DNA from: a virus
Taxonomy: Duplodnaviria > Caudoviricetes
Virus record (IMG/VR): IMGVR_UViG_3300037400_004297
Location: 1-64,000 of that record
Length of the DNA stretch: 64,000 bases
Strand: one strand, 5' to 3'
Shown here: one piece after another, positions 40,028 through 50,887 of the stretch
How the letters are laid out: every line of letters starts with the position of its first letter
Position numbering within the stretch: position 1 is the stretch's first letter
The notes under the pieces: model-generated
Database searches by the model: none
Seen by the model: the letters and a program-made list of their open reading frames with translations, nothing else
What the model was told of the DNA's origin: nothing
Translations under genes and position numbers: made by a program

Positions 40028-40939
40028 ATGGCAATTGGAGCATACGGTACGACAATTCCTATAAACATAGCTAACCCTGATATTCCAAACCTTGTTGACA
40101 TATCATATTGCTATCATGAAAAAAGGTCATTTGACTCTTTGAGTAATGCTAATTTCAAACACCTTGATTCAGCAATACTTACTCAAGCAAGAAGGGATAA
40201 AGAAAATGGAGATTTTGACGAAATAACTGAGGGTATGTACAACCTTCAGTTACCTCTTAGTGAATTCAATAAAAAGGGATTCTACACTGTATATATTAAG
40301 CCAAAGGAAATAGAGGCTGTAATTACTGATGTAGGTTCTCTAACAGCATTTCCAAATGTTAGAGGACTTGTTGTTGACAGTGCAAGTATAGATGGTCCTA
40401 CCAGGGAAAAGGCACTTACCAACAATGGGCTTGTTGGGTATAGGATAATATATATTTCTGATGCAGGAGCAAGACAGGATTACTATAGGATAATCACTAG
40501 CAATAACAGGTGCGAACCAGTTGTTCAAGCTCCTAATTCTTCAAGTGATAAGTCGTATACATATAGATATGAAGATGCTAGTCCTCTTACGTTTATTACT
40601 GTATCTCCATCATCAGCGCCAACGTTTAAGGAGAATGCAACACCATTCATTGGTAAGCCAACTCAGAAGATATTGCTTGTGAACACATATTTCGAGCCAA
40701 TCATGCTTGATATAGAAATGACAACTCATGATGCTGATACAATAAGTTATATGCTTGAAAATAGTCAACTCAGAGACCTTGATAATGGTCTTGTTACGAC
40801 GTTTAACGACAAAAACGAGATTTATAATCAAAAAGAATTCTACACATTGAAGGATGAATATACAGGAAAGCCTGTATATGAGGTTGGTAAGAATATAAGT
40901 GGAAATATAGATTTTAGTCAAACCATTGAAGATAAATAA
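40028..40939 (+). CDS. Putative structural protein
   Basis: 303 aa in the structural operon. Confidence 0.6.
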   Translation: MAIGAYGTTIPINIANPDIPNLVDISYCYHEKRSFDSLSNANFKHLDSAILTQARRDKENGDFDEITEGMYNLQLPLSEFNKKGFYTVYIKPKEIEAVITDVGSLTAFPNVRGLVVDSASIDGPTREKALTNNGLVGYRIIYISDAGARQDYYRIITSNNRCEPVVQAPNSSSDKSYTYRYEDASPLTFITVSPSSAPTFKENATPFIGKPTQKILLVNTYFEPIMLDIEMTTHDADTISYMLENSQLRDLDNGLVTTFNDKNEIYNQKEFYTLKDEYTGKPVYEVGKNISGNIDFSQTIEDK

Positions 40940-40956
40940 TGAAATATTAAAAGAAA

Positions 40957-43900
40957 ATGGGATTAATCAAATCACATAGCAACTACGTTTTAAAGAAAGA
41001 CCATCAGTTGGTTGGGGACGGAAAGATATACGAAAGAGATATAACTACAATTGGTGCAACTAATCAGTTCGCACCTGGTCAAACCCCAATATACAGGAGT
41101 GGTAACTTCGTTATCACAGTTCGTGATGATAGCAGAACCACAAATCAGTATAATACACAGAAATGGGAGCAAAGCATTAGTGGTGATAACTGGACTTTGC
41201 AATCTATTTCTGGTATGGTTTCTTCTGATGAATATCAGGATGATACTAAGATAATACTGAAGAATGACTATTATGACTTTAGAGAATTTGCTTATTATGG
41301 TTCTCTTACTGAACTATTCAGGTCTTCAATAAACGATTTGCTCGACAGATTCCCTGGCGAGCTTTACTGCATTTCTGGAAACTCTGGCTCTACGGACGGA
41401 GCTGTCTTTTATGAGTCTTCATATACTGAGGATTTCGAGGCAATAGTAAGCTCTTTCAGGCTTGGCGGTGGTAGCATGTATGAAGTGTCAAACCCATATG
41501 GTATTGATATTCATTCAGAAAAATTACCAATGGGAGCAAACCCATTAAAATATTTTGCTGAAGATGGGTGGAAAAACTATGAAATAATTGATGGTAATGG
41601 TAATAAAACTGAAATTACTAACTGGAGTGTTGTAAATTACAGTGGGTGCAGTATAGGAACTCAAATTGCTACAATAACTATTGATGGGCTTGGAGAAATT
41701 TATGCATATATTGGAGAAGGTGGAAATATAGTATATCTACACGATGATAGAATTAATGATAAGCACATGCGCCCTAAACAGCCTATAATAAATCAGTTTT
41801 TGAGTGGGTGTAATGATTTACAGAGAATTATGTTCAACATGGACACAAATCCTATGTATAAGTCAACATTCTCTGTAATTGGCGAAGATGACTTTGGCTA
41901 TACTAGAAGTCTAGAAGAATTTATATACCCAACATCTGCTGGTGGCTATAATCCAAGCACGGACACTTATTTCATCAATAGACTAGTAAAAATAGGTGAC
42001 TTCTATGATGAAAATCTTACTGACAATTTATGGCGTTCAATGACTCATGAGGCTATCAAAAATTTTGATTGGTCTTTTACACGTGAATATGACGAAAATG
42101 CAGAGGAAGAACATACAGATGGCGGTCAAAAAATACAAAAAGCAATAAGGATTTTTGCAAGAGAATTTGATGAGCAGAAAAAATATATTGACAATATAAA
42201 AAATACTGGAAGATTAACCTATGATGAAAGAGGTAATATTCCAGACTATTTCCTTACTGATATTTGTGAAGATGATGGATGGGATATCAAATCTGTAATA
42301 CCATATGGTCTTATTGAAAGATATATTTCTGGTATTAGTGCTGGAACTGAAGTAGGAAATGAAATTTATGAAAGCATCTCTGGTGATACTTATCAATTTC
42401 TGAATAGTGGGTCAACTGGAATGTTCAAGCGTGAATATTCACAGAGTTCTGTGTCTGCTGTTACACCTTATACTTCATCAGTAAAACAATCGCTTAAAAA
42501 TGGGTTCTTTGTGGTTTGTGATGGAGAAGGCGCATCTGTTGGAGATGAGTGTCTTGATAAATGGTATTCCGAAAAAGACGAAGATGACGAAACACATTAC
42601 AATATAAGACCAGTAGCAGAAAACGAGGATGTGTATACTACTATGTTTGATAGTGGTAGAATAGAGTATAGAATCAAACCTTATTTTGATGATGATAAAA
42701 AATACACATACCTAGACGTTAATAACGAATTCCTTAAGAGACTAAAGCTTAATTCAAGGGCTATCTGGAGACATAAAGGAACTATTGAGGGTATAGAAAT
42801 GGTTCTTGGTTTATTTGGTCTTAAAAGTAGTAGATGGCTTGACAGAAATGAGAGTTGCAAATATTCGAAAAATGCTGATTATGAGATAACAGAATATTCT
42901 CAATTCACTACTAGAATTGAAGACAACTGGGATACAATACATCAGATGTATCACATTGACTGGATTAACTCTACTAAGACAATAACATACGATAACAGGT
43001 CAACTTCTAACTATACACTTGAAGGTAATATGGGGTATTCGTACACTCCATATCAGGGTATTCCTGTGTCATATAGAGACCCATATCCAGAAGAATATAC
43101 AGGTGATGGTATTCCTCCTAGATATTTATATCCTAATTTCAATAAAGGAGAACAACTGGACGGCAATCCATACTTCCAGATGAATGGTGGATGGCTTGCA
43201 AAGACAATAAGTGGTTCTACTGAGTGGGAATACAACTTCCAGTTTGATGTAGATAACAACATAGTCTATAATGTTGTTGAAAAAAACCCCGCCACTTCAG
43301 GACTTTCTGGAACATTTGCTGTTGATAATCATAAGTTATATAAGGAGACAATTAGAAGCATTAGAAAAGTAGAAAATCTATCAGAGTTACTTAGTCTATC
43401 ACAATCAGAACTCTATGATGGTATAGTGTGTTATGTTACAAATGTAAGCGATAGAATCGCTGTTATTGATGGAGAAGTATTTAATATAGAGCTTGAAACC
43501 GTAAATGGCGAACAAAAAGAGTATGTGGTTTTAACTAAGAAAGAAGGATTTATTAAAGTAGGAGAACATTATTTTGATGAAAGTGTTGTAGTATACGATG
43601 AAAACGGATATTCATCACCTTATTCTCTTGATGATAAATTAGATGGATATGAGGTTAAAGCTTATATAAAGTGTACTAATGGAGATGATTTCATTTGTAC
43701 TAATGGAGATGATTTCATTTGTAAGAGTGGAGAATCTGAAGAATATAGTATTACTTCTTTCTCAAGAATTGATGAAAGTGATATTGGAAGTGGGTATACC
43801 AATTATTTCATTTTGAATGATGTCACATTCTCTAATATAATGGCAAACAAACAATCAATTGACGGTTGGAGAAGACTTCTAAGCAATGAGCCAGAATACC

Positions 43901-44730
43901 TTAGGATAAATACAATTTCCAACTATTATAAAGGAAATAATGGTCATAATGGTAACATGTCATACGATAGTGGTCATGAATACTTTACATACCTAAACAG
44001 AATATTCAAATATGCTACTGACAATGATTTGTTTGATAGCAGGTGCTATCCTGGAGGACTTGCCGAAGCATATGATGATTCGACCTATATAAGTGGTGAC
44101 ACACTACTTGGATTTAGCGGTCTGATAGATTCAAATGAAGAAATAAAGGATTATGATAAGTTCCTATCTGCTGACACAAAAATACACTATTTTGGAAACT
44201 ATAAAATACCAGAATATGATATAGTTAACAAAGATTATAATGTAGTTAGTGGGTCTATATCAAGTATGACAGAAGCATTAAATGCCAAAATGATATATAA
44301 TTCCTTAGAAGATGAAAGTAAAAAACCATATACAATAGTAAACAAGATAAATAGTATAAACATATTTGGTTATGAAAATAAATATGAGGATGGGGCATGG
44401 GAAAAGTTTTATGGCGAAATCAATCCATGTCCGTCATATTATTCAATAAATAGTGGTATTACAAATGGTATTACAACAAAAAGGGAAATTAAACCAGAAT
44501 GGGGTTCTACAATGGGAAAACTTAAGGATGATGTCACCAATCAAATTGTTAACAACAAGAGACTAAAAATTAAGTTCAACATGAAGAATAAATTTGCCTC
44601 AAAGTATGGGCAGGAAGAACTTAAATATGTTGATGAAATTATAATGAATTATTTAACACAGATGATACCTTCTACAACAATATTAGAGGTAGAATATAAC
44701 TTCTGTGATAAATTTACTACTGAGTGTTAA
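40957..44730 (+). CDS. Putative tail/baseplate structural protein
   Basis: 1257 aa; RHKGTIEGIEMVL motif reminiscent of baseplate-wedge proteins; C-terminal YLTQMIPSTTIL. Confidence 0.6.
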   Translation: MGLIKSHSNYVLKKDHQLVGDGKIYERDITTIGATNQFAPGQTPIYRSGNFVITVRDDSRTTNQYNTQKWEQSISGDNWTLQSISGMVSSDEYQDDTKIILKNDYYDFREFAYYGSLTELFRSSINDLLDRFPGELYCISGNSGSTDGAVFYESSYTEDFEAIVSSFRLGGGSMYEVSNPYGIDIHSEKLPMGANPLKYFAEDGWKNYEIIDGNGNKTEITNWSVVNYSGCSIGTQIATITIDGLGEIYAYIGEGGNIVYLHDDRINDKHMRPKQPIINQFLSGCNDLQRIMFNMDTNPMYKSTFSVIGEDDFGYTRSLEEFIYPTSAGGYNPSTDTYFINRLVKIGDFYDENLTDNLWRSMTHEAIKNFDWSFTREYDENAEEEHTDGGQKIQKAIRIFAREFDEQKKYIDNIKNTGRLTYDERGNIPDYFLTDICEDDGWDIKSVIPYGLIERYISGISAGTEVGNEIYESISGDTYQFLNSGSTGMFKREYSQSSVSAVTPYTSSVKQSLKNGFFVVCDGEGASVGDECLDKWYSEKDEDDETHYNIRPVAENEDVYTTMFDSGRIEYRIKPYFDDDKKYTYLDVNNEFLKRLKLNSRAIWRHKGTIEGIEMVLGLFGLKSSRWLDRNESCKYSKNADYEITEYSQFTTRIEDNWDTIHQMYHIDWINSTKTITYDNRSTSNYTLEGNMGYSYTPYQGIPVSYRDPYPEEYTGDGIPPRYLYPNFNKGEQLDGNPYFQMNGGWLAKTISGSTEWEYNFQFDVDNNIVYNVVEKNPATSGLSGTFAVDNHKLYKETIRSIRKVENLSELLSLSQSELYDGIVCYVTNVSDRIAVIDGEVFNIELETVNGEQKEYVVLTKKEGFIKVGEHYFDESVVVYDENGYSSPYSLDDKLDGYEVKAYIKCTNGDDFICTNGDDFICKSGESEEYSITSFSRIDESDIGSGYTNYFILNDVTFSNIMANKQSIDGWRRLLSNEPEYLRINTISNYYKGNNGHNGNMSYDSGHEYFTYLNRIFKYATDNDLFDSRCYPGGLAEAYDDSTYISGDTLLGFSGLIDSNEEIKDYDKFLSADTKIHYFGNYKIPEYDIVNKDYNVVSGSISSMTEALNAKMIYNSLEDESKKPYTIVNKINSINIFGYENKYEDGAWEKFYGEINPCPSYYSINSGITNGITTKREIKPEWGSTMGKLKDDVTNQIVNNKRLKIKFNMKNKFASKYGQEELKYVDEIIMNYLTQMIPSTTILEVEYNFCDKFTTEC
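43672..43723 (+). repeat. 24-bp perfect in-frame tandem duplication
   Basis: tgtactaatggagatgatttcatt x2 + tgta, encoding CTNGDDFI twice. Confidence 0.95.
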
Positions 44731-44731
44731 A

Positions 44732-46051
44732 ATGGCAGAAATAAGACATAAAGTCATAGGTGCAGGTGAAAGTGATACCAATCCAATTATTGTTAATCTT
44801 GACTGTGAAACAAGTGCTGGAACAATTTCTTGGGTTGGAAGAGAGATACTGTCTGGTGATTGTGGATGTAATAAGTACTATGATAATAGATATTATACAG
44901 AGATAAGCGGAGAAACAGGATACGTTAAGACGCATACTTGGGAAGATGCTACAGTATATTATAAAAGTAAACTAGACTGCCCATCAGAAGAAGACGAGAC
45001 GTGTTCTGAATATTTCTGCTCTGACCTTTCTGCTTATGCTGTTCCGTCTCATGTAAAAGAAGGTTTTAGTGGTACTATTGAAATACATTATGATTATTTT
45101 TTAACTAGTGTAAATGAACATGAAAAAATATGTAGTAGAGAAAAAATAACTGGAGTTGATGTCATAAAATACCCAGATGATATAGCTAACAATAGTTATA
45201 CATTTAAAGTTTGTAATGATTGTCCTTGCAGTGGCTCACAAAAGACTATATTTTTTACTACATATAAAGATGATGGGACTTGTACTGAGAAGACAACTAT
45301 AGAGTTATCTGTATATACTAGTACAAATGAAGTGTCATGGAAAAAGGAAACAATCAGTGTTATTTATTCATTTGTAAAAACTAAGACAAATGAAGATTGT
45401 ACCACTAAAAAAACATCTGGAAGTATTTCTGAAAATTGGGAAATACCACAGTGTGTTCCAAAAGAATTAGATGAAAAATATTGTTGTAAAGACAATATTA
45501 TTACTTCTGGTATAACTGTTGATAATGTTATTAGAAAACTTGGATTTACACCAGATGAATATAATACTATAATGTATAACGGAGAAGATGTTGATACTGG
45601 AACCACTATTGAATATTCAGTTGTGCAAAAAGCAAAAACAACAGGCGAATGCCAAAGTACATGTGAAAATAAGACAACATACTGCGTTGATTCAGGTTCA
45701 GTTAAAGTATACTACAATGTAAATGGAAAATGGGTAATTGAGGATGACCCTAGTGAACCTGTAGTCCCTGAAGAAGGTGGCAAGGATATGATTAAGTTAA
45801 CATTTAGTGGCACAGTAACAACAATTCTTAGTGATTGTAGTGCATATACTAGCGATTTCTCCAGAGAAATAAAATTTGATGTACCGCATTGTGATATAAA
45901 AAAAACATCAGCACCATATGTTTACTACTTTGAAGATAATAAAATAACATACAATTACAAACAGCAATGCAAAGGTTGCCACACCATAACTCCTACAGAA
46001 GGTGGATGTAATTCTATGCCAAAATTTTCAGCAACAACAGCACCTCTTTGA
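44732..46051 (+). CDS. Cys/Thr-rich hypothetical protein (possible fibre or adhesin)
   Basis: About 440 aa with many Cys, at the distal end of the structural operon. Confidence 0.55.
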   Translation: MAEIRHKVIGAGESDTNPIIVNLDCETSAGTISWVGREILSGDCGCNKYYDNRYYTEISGETGYVKTHTWEDATVYYKSKLDCPSEEDETCSEYFCSDLSAYAVPSHVKEGFSGTIEIHYDYFLTSVNEHEKICSREKITGVDVIKYPDDIANNSYTFKVCNDCPCSGSQKTIFFTTYKDDGTCTEKTTIELSVYTSTNEVSWKKETISVIYSFVKTKTNEDCTTKKTSGSISENWEIPQCVPKELDEKYCCKDNIITSGITVDNVIRKLGFTPDEYNTIMYNGEDVDTGTTIEYSVVQKAKTTGECQSTCENKTTYCVDSGSVKVYYNVNGKWVIEDDPSEPVVPEEGGKDMIKLTFSGTVTTILSDCSAYTSDFSREIKFDVPHCDIKKTSAPYVYYFEDNKITYNYKQQCKGCHTITPTEGGCNSMPKFSATTAPL

Positions 46052-46641
46052 TTATGATTAAAATTAATGGTTTTGAAAACAAATTTATTCTTGACCTCAA
46101 TGTAAATCCAGTAGATGAGCATGAGCTTACTGTTATTTCAAATGATGATGGTGAGGAGCTATCTTGGGGTGTTGAACTAGTTTCATTGAATGAAATTAGT
46201 GTTATGAAGCATTCTGGAAATAAATTATCAATTAATCTTGATGTAAATACCCTAAATAAAGACGGGTTTATACTACTAAGAAATTACAATAAAGAAAGAT
46301 TAGTGGTAGAAATAATACATAACGAAGAACTTTCAAGAGAAAAAGAATATACTTTTAAATTTGAAAACGAAAAAGTAGAAGGTAAAAAGATTACAATAGA
46401 CATATTATCACAGGAAGAGTCAAAAGAAATGTCTTGGGCTTGCACATATGATGGTAGACCTCTTAAGTATTCAATTTCTCCAAAACGTTCTGACAAGAGT
46501 GAAAAAGTAGAAATAGTATTATTATCCCCAGTATCTAATGAATTTAAATCTATAATTGAATTTACACAAGATAAAAGTGATAAAATTATTAAGCTTAAAT
46601 TAACTCAAAATAGAGATAATATTACAATAAAAACTGATTAA
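46048..46641 (+). CDS. Hypothetical protein (possible Ig/BACON-like beta domains)
   Basis: Beta-strand-like pattern ending IEFTQ..S.K.I.LKLTQ. Confidence 0.45.
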   Translation: MIMIKINGFENKFILDLNVNPVDEHELTVISNDDGEELSWGVELVSLNEISVMKHSGNKLSINLDVNTLNKDGFILLRNYNKERLVVEIIHNEELSREKEYTFKFENEKVEGKKITIDILSQEESKEMSWACTYDGRPLKYSISPKRSDKSEKVEIVLLSPVSNEFKSIIEFTQDKSDKIIKLKLTQNRDNITIKTD

Positions 46642-46666
46642 CCAGCTAGTAGTTAATCAGTTTTTC
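46630..46666. terminator. Bidirectional intrinsic terminator
   Basis: aaaactgattaac-cagctagta-gttaatcagtttt between convergent genes. Confidence 0.85.
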
Positions 46667-47476
46667 TTTATTTTCTGCAAGGTCTTCAATAGATTCTATC
46701 TCCATATCGTACAATCCATAGTCAGACTCAATGTCATGGAAGTTGTATTTCCATTCTCCGTCCACAAGTTCCCATACAGCGAATCCATGTTGCGTAATTG
46801 TTTCACCAAATGTTTGTTGCACCAAAGAGCCTGGATATACTATTTCAACATCACCTCTTTTCAACACTTGTCTTTTATGTATGTGACCAGCCATAACCAT
46901 ATCACACCCAGTAAAGTCATCAGTGTCTAGTCCACTATCCATGACGCTTCCGTTATTTAGTGTAGCACCAATAATAGTTCCGTGATATAAGCCAATTACA
47001 GTATTATCAGGTTTTTGTTCAAGTGAGTCCTCAATATCTGGTTTCCTGTAATCCTCGTGTATTGAATATAAAGCCCAGGTAACGTTATCATCTATTACGC
47101 ACCCACTTTCATATCCAAGCGCCATATCTAGGAATCTACAGTTTTCAAAATTTGCTGTCTGAAATATTCCTGTCAATGTATCTGTTCTAGTGGTGTTGCT
47201 AACAACCATATCATGGTTTCCACTAATTACCACAACAGTTGCTATGTCTTGTAGTTTTCTCAGGAAGATGCTAGTGAAAATTATTAGTTCATTGCTAATT
47301 GTGTTCTTCTGATTTACAATATCACCTGCAAGTAGTATCCTTACTTCATCTTTTTCATAATGGCTTGCGATTTCTTCACACATCTGTATGAATTTCTCCA
47401 ATTGCTCCCCATATTCCTCATGCCTGACAAAATTGTGAATGTGTATGTCGGCTGCGTGAATAATACATTTAATCAT
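46646..47476 (-). CDS. SbcD/Mre11/gp47-like metallophosphoesterase nuclease
   Basis: ADIH, AGD, SGNHD, YHG, AGHIH, YPGS metallophosphoesterase motifs. Confidence 0.9.
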   Translation of the reverse strand: MIKCIIHAADIHIHNFVRHEEYGEQLEKFIQMCEEIASHYEKDEVRILLAGDIVNQKNTISNELIIFTSIFLRKLQDIATVVVISGNHDMVVSNTTRTDTLTGIFQTANFENCRFLDMALGYESGCVIDDNVTWALYSIHEDYRKPDIEDSLEQKPDNTVIGLYHGTIIGATLNNGSVMDSGLDTDDFTGCDMVMAGHIHKRQVLKRGDVEIVYPGSLVQQTFGETITQHGFAVWELVDGEWKYNFHDIESDYGLYDMEIESIEDLAENKEKLINY

Positions 47477-47843
47477 TTTGATATTTTTCTAATAATTTAG
47501 TTACATCATTGTAAATAGTACCAAAGTCTGAAAGCATATTTGATTCTAAATTAAGCCAAAATCCAGAACCTTGTGGTGTTCTACCCCATACGAATAGGCA
47601 TTTTCCATTACCGTGAAGCATGTCGTTTACAGTAATACATTTTGGAACTCTAATTATGTTACCTTGTGTTATTACATTTTCCCAAAATATGCCACACATG
47701 TTTTTCTCTGCCAAATATTTAGAAAATGGCTTAATCCAATGGGTTGACATAATCTTGATATATATGTTGAAACCACTGGCTCTGGACGCTTTCCTTAAGA
47801 TTTTCAGACCATGCATATAGTCTTCTTTGGCTTTTTTATTCAT
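47469..47843 (-). CDS. Hypothetical protein
   Basis: Start placed at MNKK, just after a minus-strand TATCTTTG promoter. Confidence 0.55.
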   Translation of the reverse strand: MNKKAKEDYMHGLKILRKASRASGFNIYIKIMSTHWIKPFSKYLAEKNMCGIFWENVITQGNIIRVPKCITVNDMLHGNGKCLFVWGRTPQGSGFWLNLESNMLSDFGTIYNDVTKLLEKYQND

Positions 47844-47929
47844 TTGAACGGTTTTTGTGCAAAGATATAGAAAAAATGTTAAAAAACAAAGTTTGAATAG
47901 ATATTTATTTCTATAAAGCACTAAAAAAT

Positions 47930-48574
47930 ATGGTAATACTTATTGATAATGGGCATGGTTCACAAGTTTTGGGCAAGCAATCTCCAATACTTGATGATTC
48001 AATAAAAATCGGTGGTGAATTTACTGAAAAAGGTAGGTTCAAGGAATGGAAATATACACGAGTCATATCGCATCTTATCGTTAATGAACTTACAGATATG
48101 GGATATGATGCAAGACTGGTTACACCAGAGGATGGAGATGCTTCATTGGCTGAAAGAATTAGAAGAATCAATACAATTTGCAACAAGGAAGGCGCATCAA
48201 ATGTTTTACTAATTTCAGTACATGCAAACGCTGTTGGTGATAGTTCAAAATGGATGGAAGGAAAGGGTTGGGAAGCCTATACCACAAGGGGAGAAACAAT
48301 TTCAGATACTTTGGCTGATTTCCTTTATAAGAGGGCTTACAGTAATATCAAAGGAAGGAAGATAAGAGAGGATTGGACTGATGGTGATAGAGATAAAGAA
48401 GCTGATTTTTATATCATAAAGAAAGCAAAATGTGCAGCAGTATTGACAGAAAACTTTTTCTATGATAACAAGGATGACCTTAGATATCTTACATCAGACG
48501 AGGGAGTTCATGCTGTTGTAAGATTACACATTGAAGGAATAATTGACTTTATTAACTATAAGGAAGGAAAATAA
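47930..48574 (+). CDS. N-acetylmuramoyl-L-alanine amidase (Amidase_3), endolysin
   Basis: ILIDNGHG, E, ISVHANA, GWEAY, AAVLTENFFYDN. Confidence 0.92.
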   Translation: MVILIDNGHGSQVLGKQSPILDDSIKIGGEFTEKGRFKEWKYTRVISHLIVNELTDMGYDARLVTPEDGDASLAERIRRINTICNKEGASNVLLISVHANAVGDSSKWMEGKGWEAYTTRGETISDTLADFLYKRAYSNIKGRKIREDWTDGDRDKEADFYIIKKAKCAAVLTENFFYDNKDDLRYLTSDEGVHAVVRLHIEGIIDFINYKEGK

Positions 48575-48576
48575 GT

Positions 48577-48741
48577 ATGGGAAGAAAATTTAGTGAAGAT
48601 GAGGTTTCATGGTCATGCATTGAAAAATATAATGACTATAGTAAAGTATGCTGGTACATGCGCAAAAATGGTATACCAACATACAGATTATATGGTAAAG
48701 ACTGTAAGGAAATGGAAATAAAAACAGATTGGGACTGTTAA
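48577..48741 (+). CDS. Small hypothetical protein (54 aa)
   Basis: Read by hand (MGRKFSEDEVSW...WDC); fills the gap between the amidase and a terminator. Confidence 0.5.
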   Translation: MGRKFSEDEVSWSCIEKYNDYSKVCWYMRKNGIPTYRLYGKDCKEMEIKTDWDC

Positions 48742-48750
48742 AGAATTATA

Positions 48751-48801
48751 AAAGATTGGGTTAACACTTGGTTAATCCGATTTTTTTTTGTACTTTTGCA
48801 G
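48751..48801 (+). promoter_or_regulatory. Terminator-promoter cassette
   Basis: gattgggttaac-acttg-gttaatccgatt hairpin, T-run, TACTTTTG. Confidence 0.7.
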
Positions 48802-48825
48802 CAGAAATCAAAATACGTATATAAT

Positions 48826-49131
48826 ATGTGTAAGAAAAGTTGTTTAGAATGCAAGAACTACAAGTGGAGTGAAACCAAGGTTGTGGGTAGGAAATGGGAA
48901 TGTGATGGTATGATATCTGTTCCTGTTTATAAGGAGATACCATCCCATTGTGACGTTCACCCACGATACTTCAAGAAGTGGTGGAAGGAAAATGGGCATA
49001 AGCGCAGAAAAGATGATGACTACGTAGAGCCTAAGTGCTATGAGTCTACAGAGTTAGCAAAGTCTCTTGACGAAATGATTAATATTGCTCAGGAGCTTCT
49101 CGATGATATAAAGAAAAAGAAAGGTGAATAG
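48826..49131 (+). CDS. Hypothetical Cys-containing protein
   Basis: ORF after the promoter; start at MCKKSC. Confidence 0.55.
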   Translation: MCKKSCLECKNYKWSETKVVGRKWECDGMISVPVYKEIPSHCDVHPRYFKKWWKENGHKRRKDDDYVEPKCYESTELAKSLDEMINIAQELLDDIKKKKGE

Positions 49132-49576
49132 TATGAAGTACGTTGATTTTACCAATGCAAAGAAAGGTGACATCATATTTCAGCCAAACTATGAAGGGTC
49201 TCTTGGACAAATCTACATGTTTGATTGTGTTAAGAATAACCTCATTTATTGGCTATGCTCATTTGATATAGACAGAAACCAGTTCTCTGTATCTGATGGA
49301 AAAACTCATATAGGGTGGGCTGATGAGACACGTGAGAAGTATATGTATAGGAATGCTACCAATAGTGAACAATGTCTTCTTTTAGCAATGATGGAGAAGT
49401 TCGGATATTATTTCGACTTAGACGATAACGAGCTTAAGAATGATGACGTGCCAGAGGTTGGTAAACCAAAAATTACTTGGGATGACGAAGAAAATCATGT
49501 GATGGAGGTTAAAGGACTTAACAGGAATCAGCATTTCATCATAGAACAATTATTTAAGAGTTGGGACAATGGGTAA
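49124..49576 (+). CDS. Hypothetical protein
   Basis: 150-aa ORF in an accessory cassette. Confidence 0.55.
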   Translation: MNSMKYVDFTNAKKGDIIFQPNYEGSLGQIYMFDCVKNNLIYWLCSFDIDRNQFSVSDGKTHIGWADETREKYMYRNATNSEQCLLLAMMEKFGYYFDLDDNELKNDDVPEVGKPKITWDDEENHVMEVKGLNRNQHFIIEQLFKSWDNG

Positions 49577-49713
49577 ATATTCATGGGACACCAATTCAAG
49601 TATGTATTGGCTAGAAGAATGGGTTACAATAGAGAAGAAACGCCAGGACTGGTTCAAGCGTGTCTGTGAATATGCACTTGCATTTGGCAAATCGATACGA
49701 AAAATAAATAACT

Positions 49714-50541
49714 ATGTGTAAATTTTGTGACTCCAATAAGGAGAAGAGAGTGATGTCATATGACAATCATGACTCAATGAATATTTATTGCGGACAGTAT
49801 CAAGGTGTTAGCGTGACAGCAAACCTTTCAATGAAAGGTAATATGTTAGCACTAGCTGGTTCTGGTAGTTACCGTTCTCGTTCTGATTGTTATTATGAGG
49901 ATGAGGGGCTTGATTGTGACAGTGAGGGTGCTGAAAATAGTCCAGAGAATTATATCAAGATTGAGTATTGCCCATTCTGTGGCAAGAAGCTTGATAGTAC
50001 TGAATATGAGAAAAGAAAAACCAAGGATGAACTTGATTTCTTGAAGTATAAGTTAAAAGATACGGAGGAGAAAATCAGCAGGCTTGGACTCCACGCATAT
50101 TTCACTTTTGTTGCTAAGGGCGATAAGTACGAGAAAGCCAAGAGTATGGTTTGGAAAGATTTTCATGCTGACTGTAAACTAATTCCAATCACACTTGATA
50201 CAATTCTCAAGGAGTTTGGTAACCTCAAAGTACACATACAATATGGCATAATGGATGAGTATGGGTACTTTAGAGGCAGTTATGACCCATGCCCCATGTT
50301 TAATTCAAAGGAAGGCATTAAGTTTAATGGTGCATCATTTGGTGAGTTTCACGGAAAGACGTATTCTATTACCAATGATGACTACGAAATGTTTATTAAT
50401 ATGGGACTCATAAAAGGCAATAAAACTAAACTCAATAAGATGGTAGAGAAGAACTCCAAGCTTAAAGAGGGGGCTGAGAAAATGAAAAAGAAGATTAAGA
50501 GTCTCGAAGTGAAACTAAAAGAGTATAAAAATGGGAAATAA
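49714..50541 (+). CDS. Hypothetical protein with CxxC...YCPFCG zinc ribbon and coiled coils
   Basis: MCKFC and IEYCPFCGKKL motifs. Confidence 0.6.
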   Translation: MCKFCDSNKEKRVMSYDNHDSMNIYCGQYQGVSVTANLSMKGNMLALAGSGSYRSRSDCYYEDEGLDCDSEGAENSPENYIKIEYCPFCGKKLDSTEYEKRKTKDELDFLKYKLKDTEEKISRLGLHAYFTFVAKGDKYEKAKSMVWKDFHADCKLIPITLDTILKEFGNLKVHIQYGIMDEYGYFRGSYDPCPMFNSKEGIKFNGASFGEFHGKTYSITNDDYEMFINMGLIKGNKTKLNKMVEKNSKLKEGAEKMKKKIKSLEVKLKEYKNGK

Positions 50542-50887
50542 GATATTAGGAGTATACAGGATTACGTATCCTGGCTATAACAACACCTCTCAGGTGAAGA
50601 ATCTCATTTCACATGATGACTACACTACGTCATACAAGATGTGGAATAGTAAAAAGCAGGAGCTTGAGACTGAGCTTGCCGATTTAAACAAGAAAAAGCA
50701 TCCAGACCGTGCTGCTGAAATAAAAAATGAGATTGGTGCTATCAAGGCTAAATTACATGATATGTTCGGTGATGAGTTTTTCACTGACCAATCTCCATTG
50801 TGGCTATCTCATAAAACTGGCGGTAACATGTTCCTGTCAGCATGGCAGGGTGGTGTAATTGAAGTTAAACTTGAAAAATTAGATTAA
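50531..50887 (+). CDS. Hypothetical protein
   Basis: 118-aa ORF overlapping the upstream gene. Confidence 0.55.
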   Translation: MGNKILGVYRITYPGYNNTSQVKNLISHDDYTTSYKMWNSKKQELETELADLNKKKHPDRAAEIKNEIGAIKAKLHDMFGDEFFTDQSPLWLSHKTGGNMFLSAWQGGVIEVKLEKLD

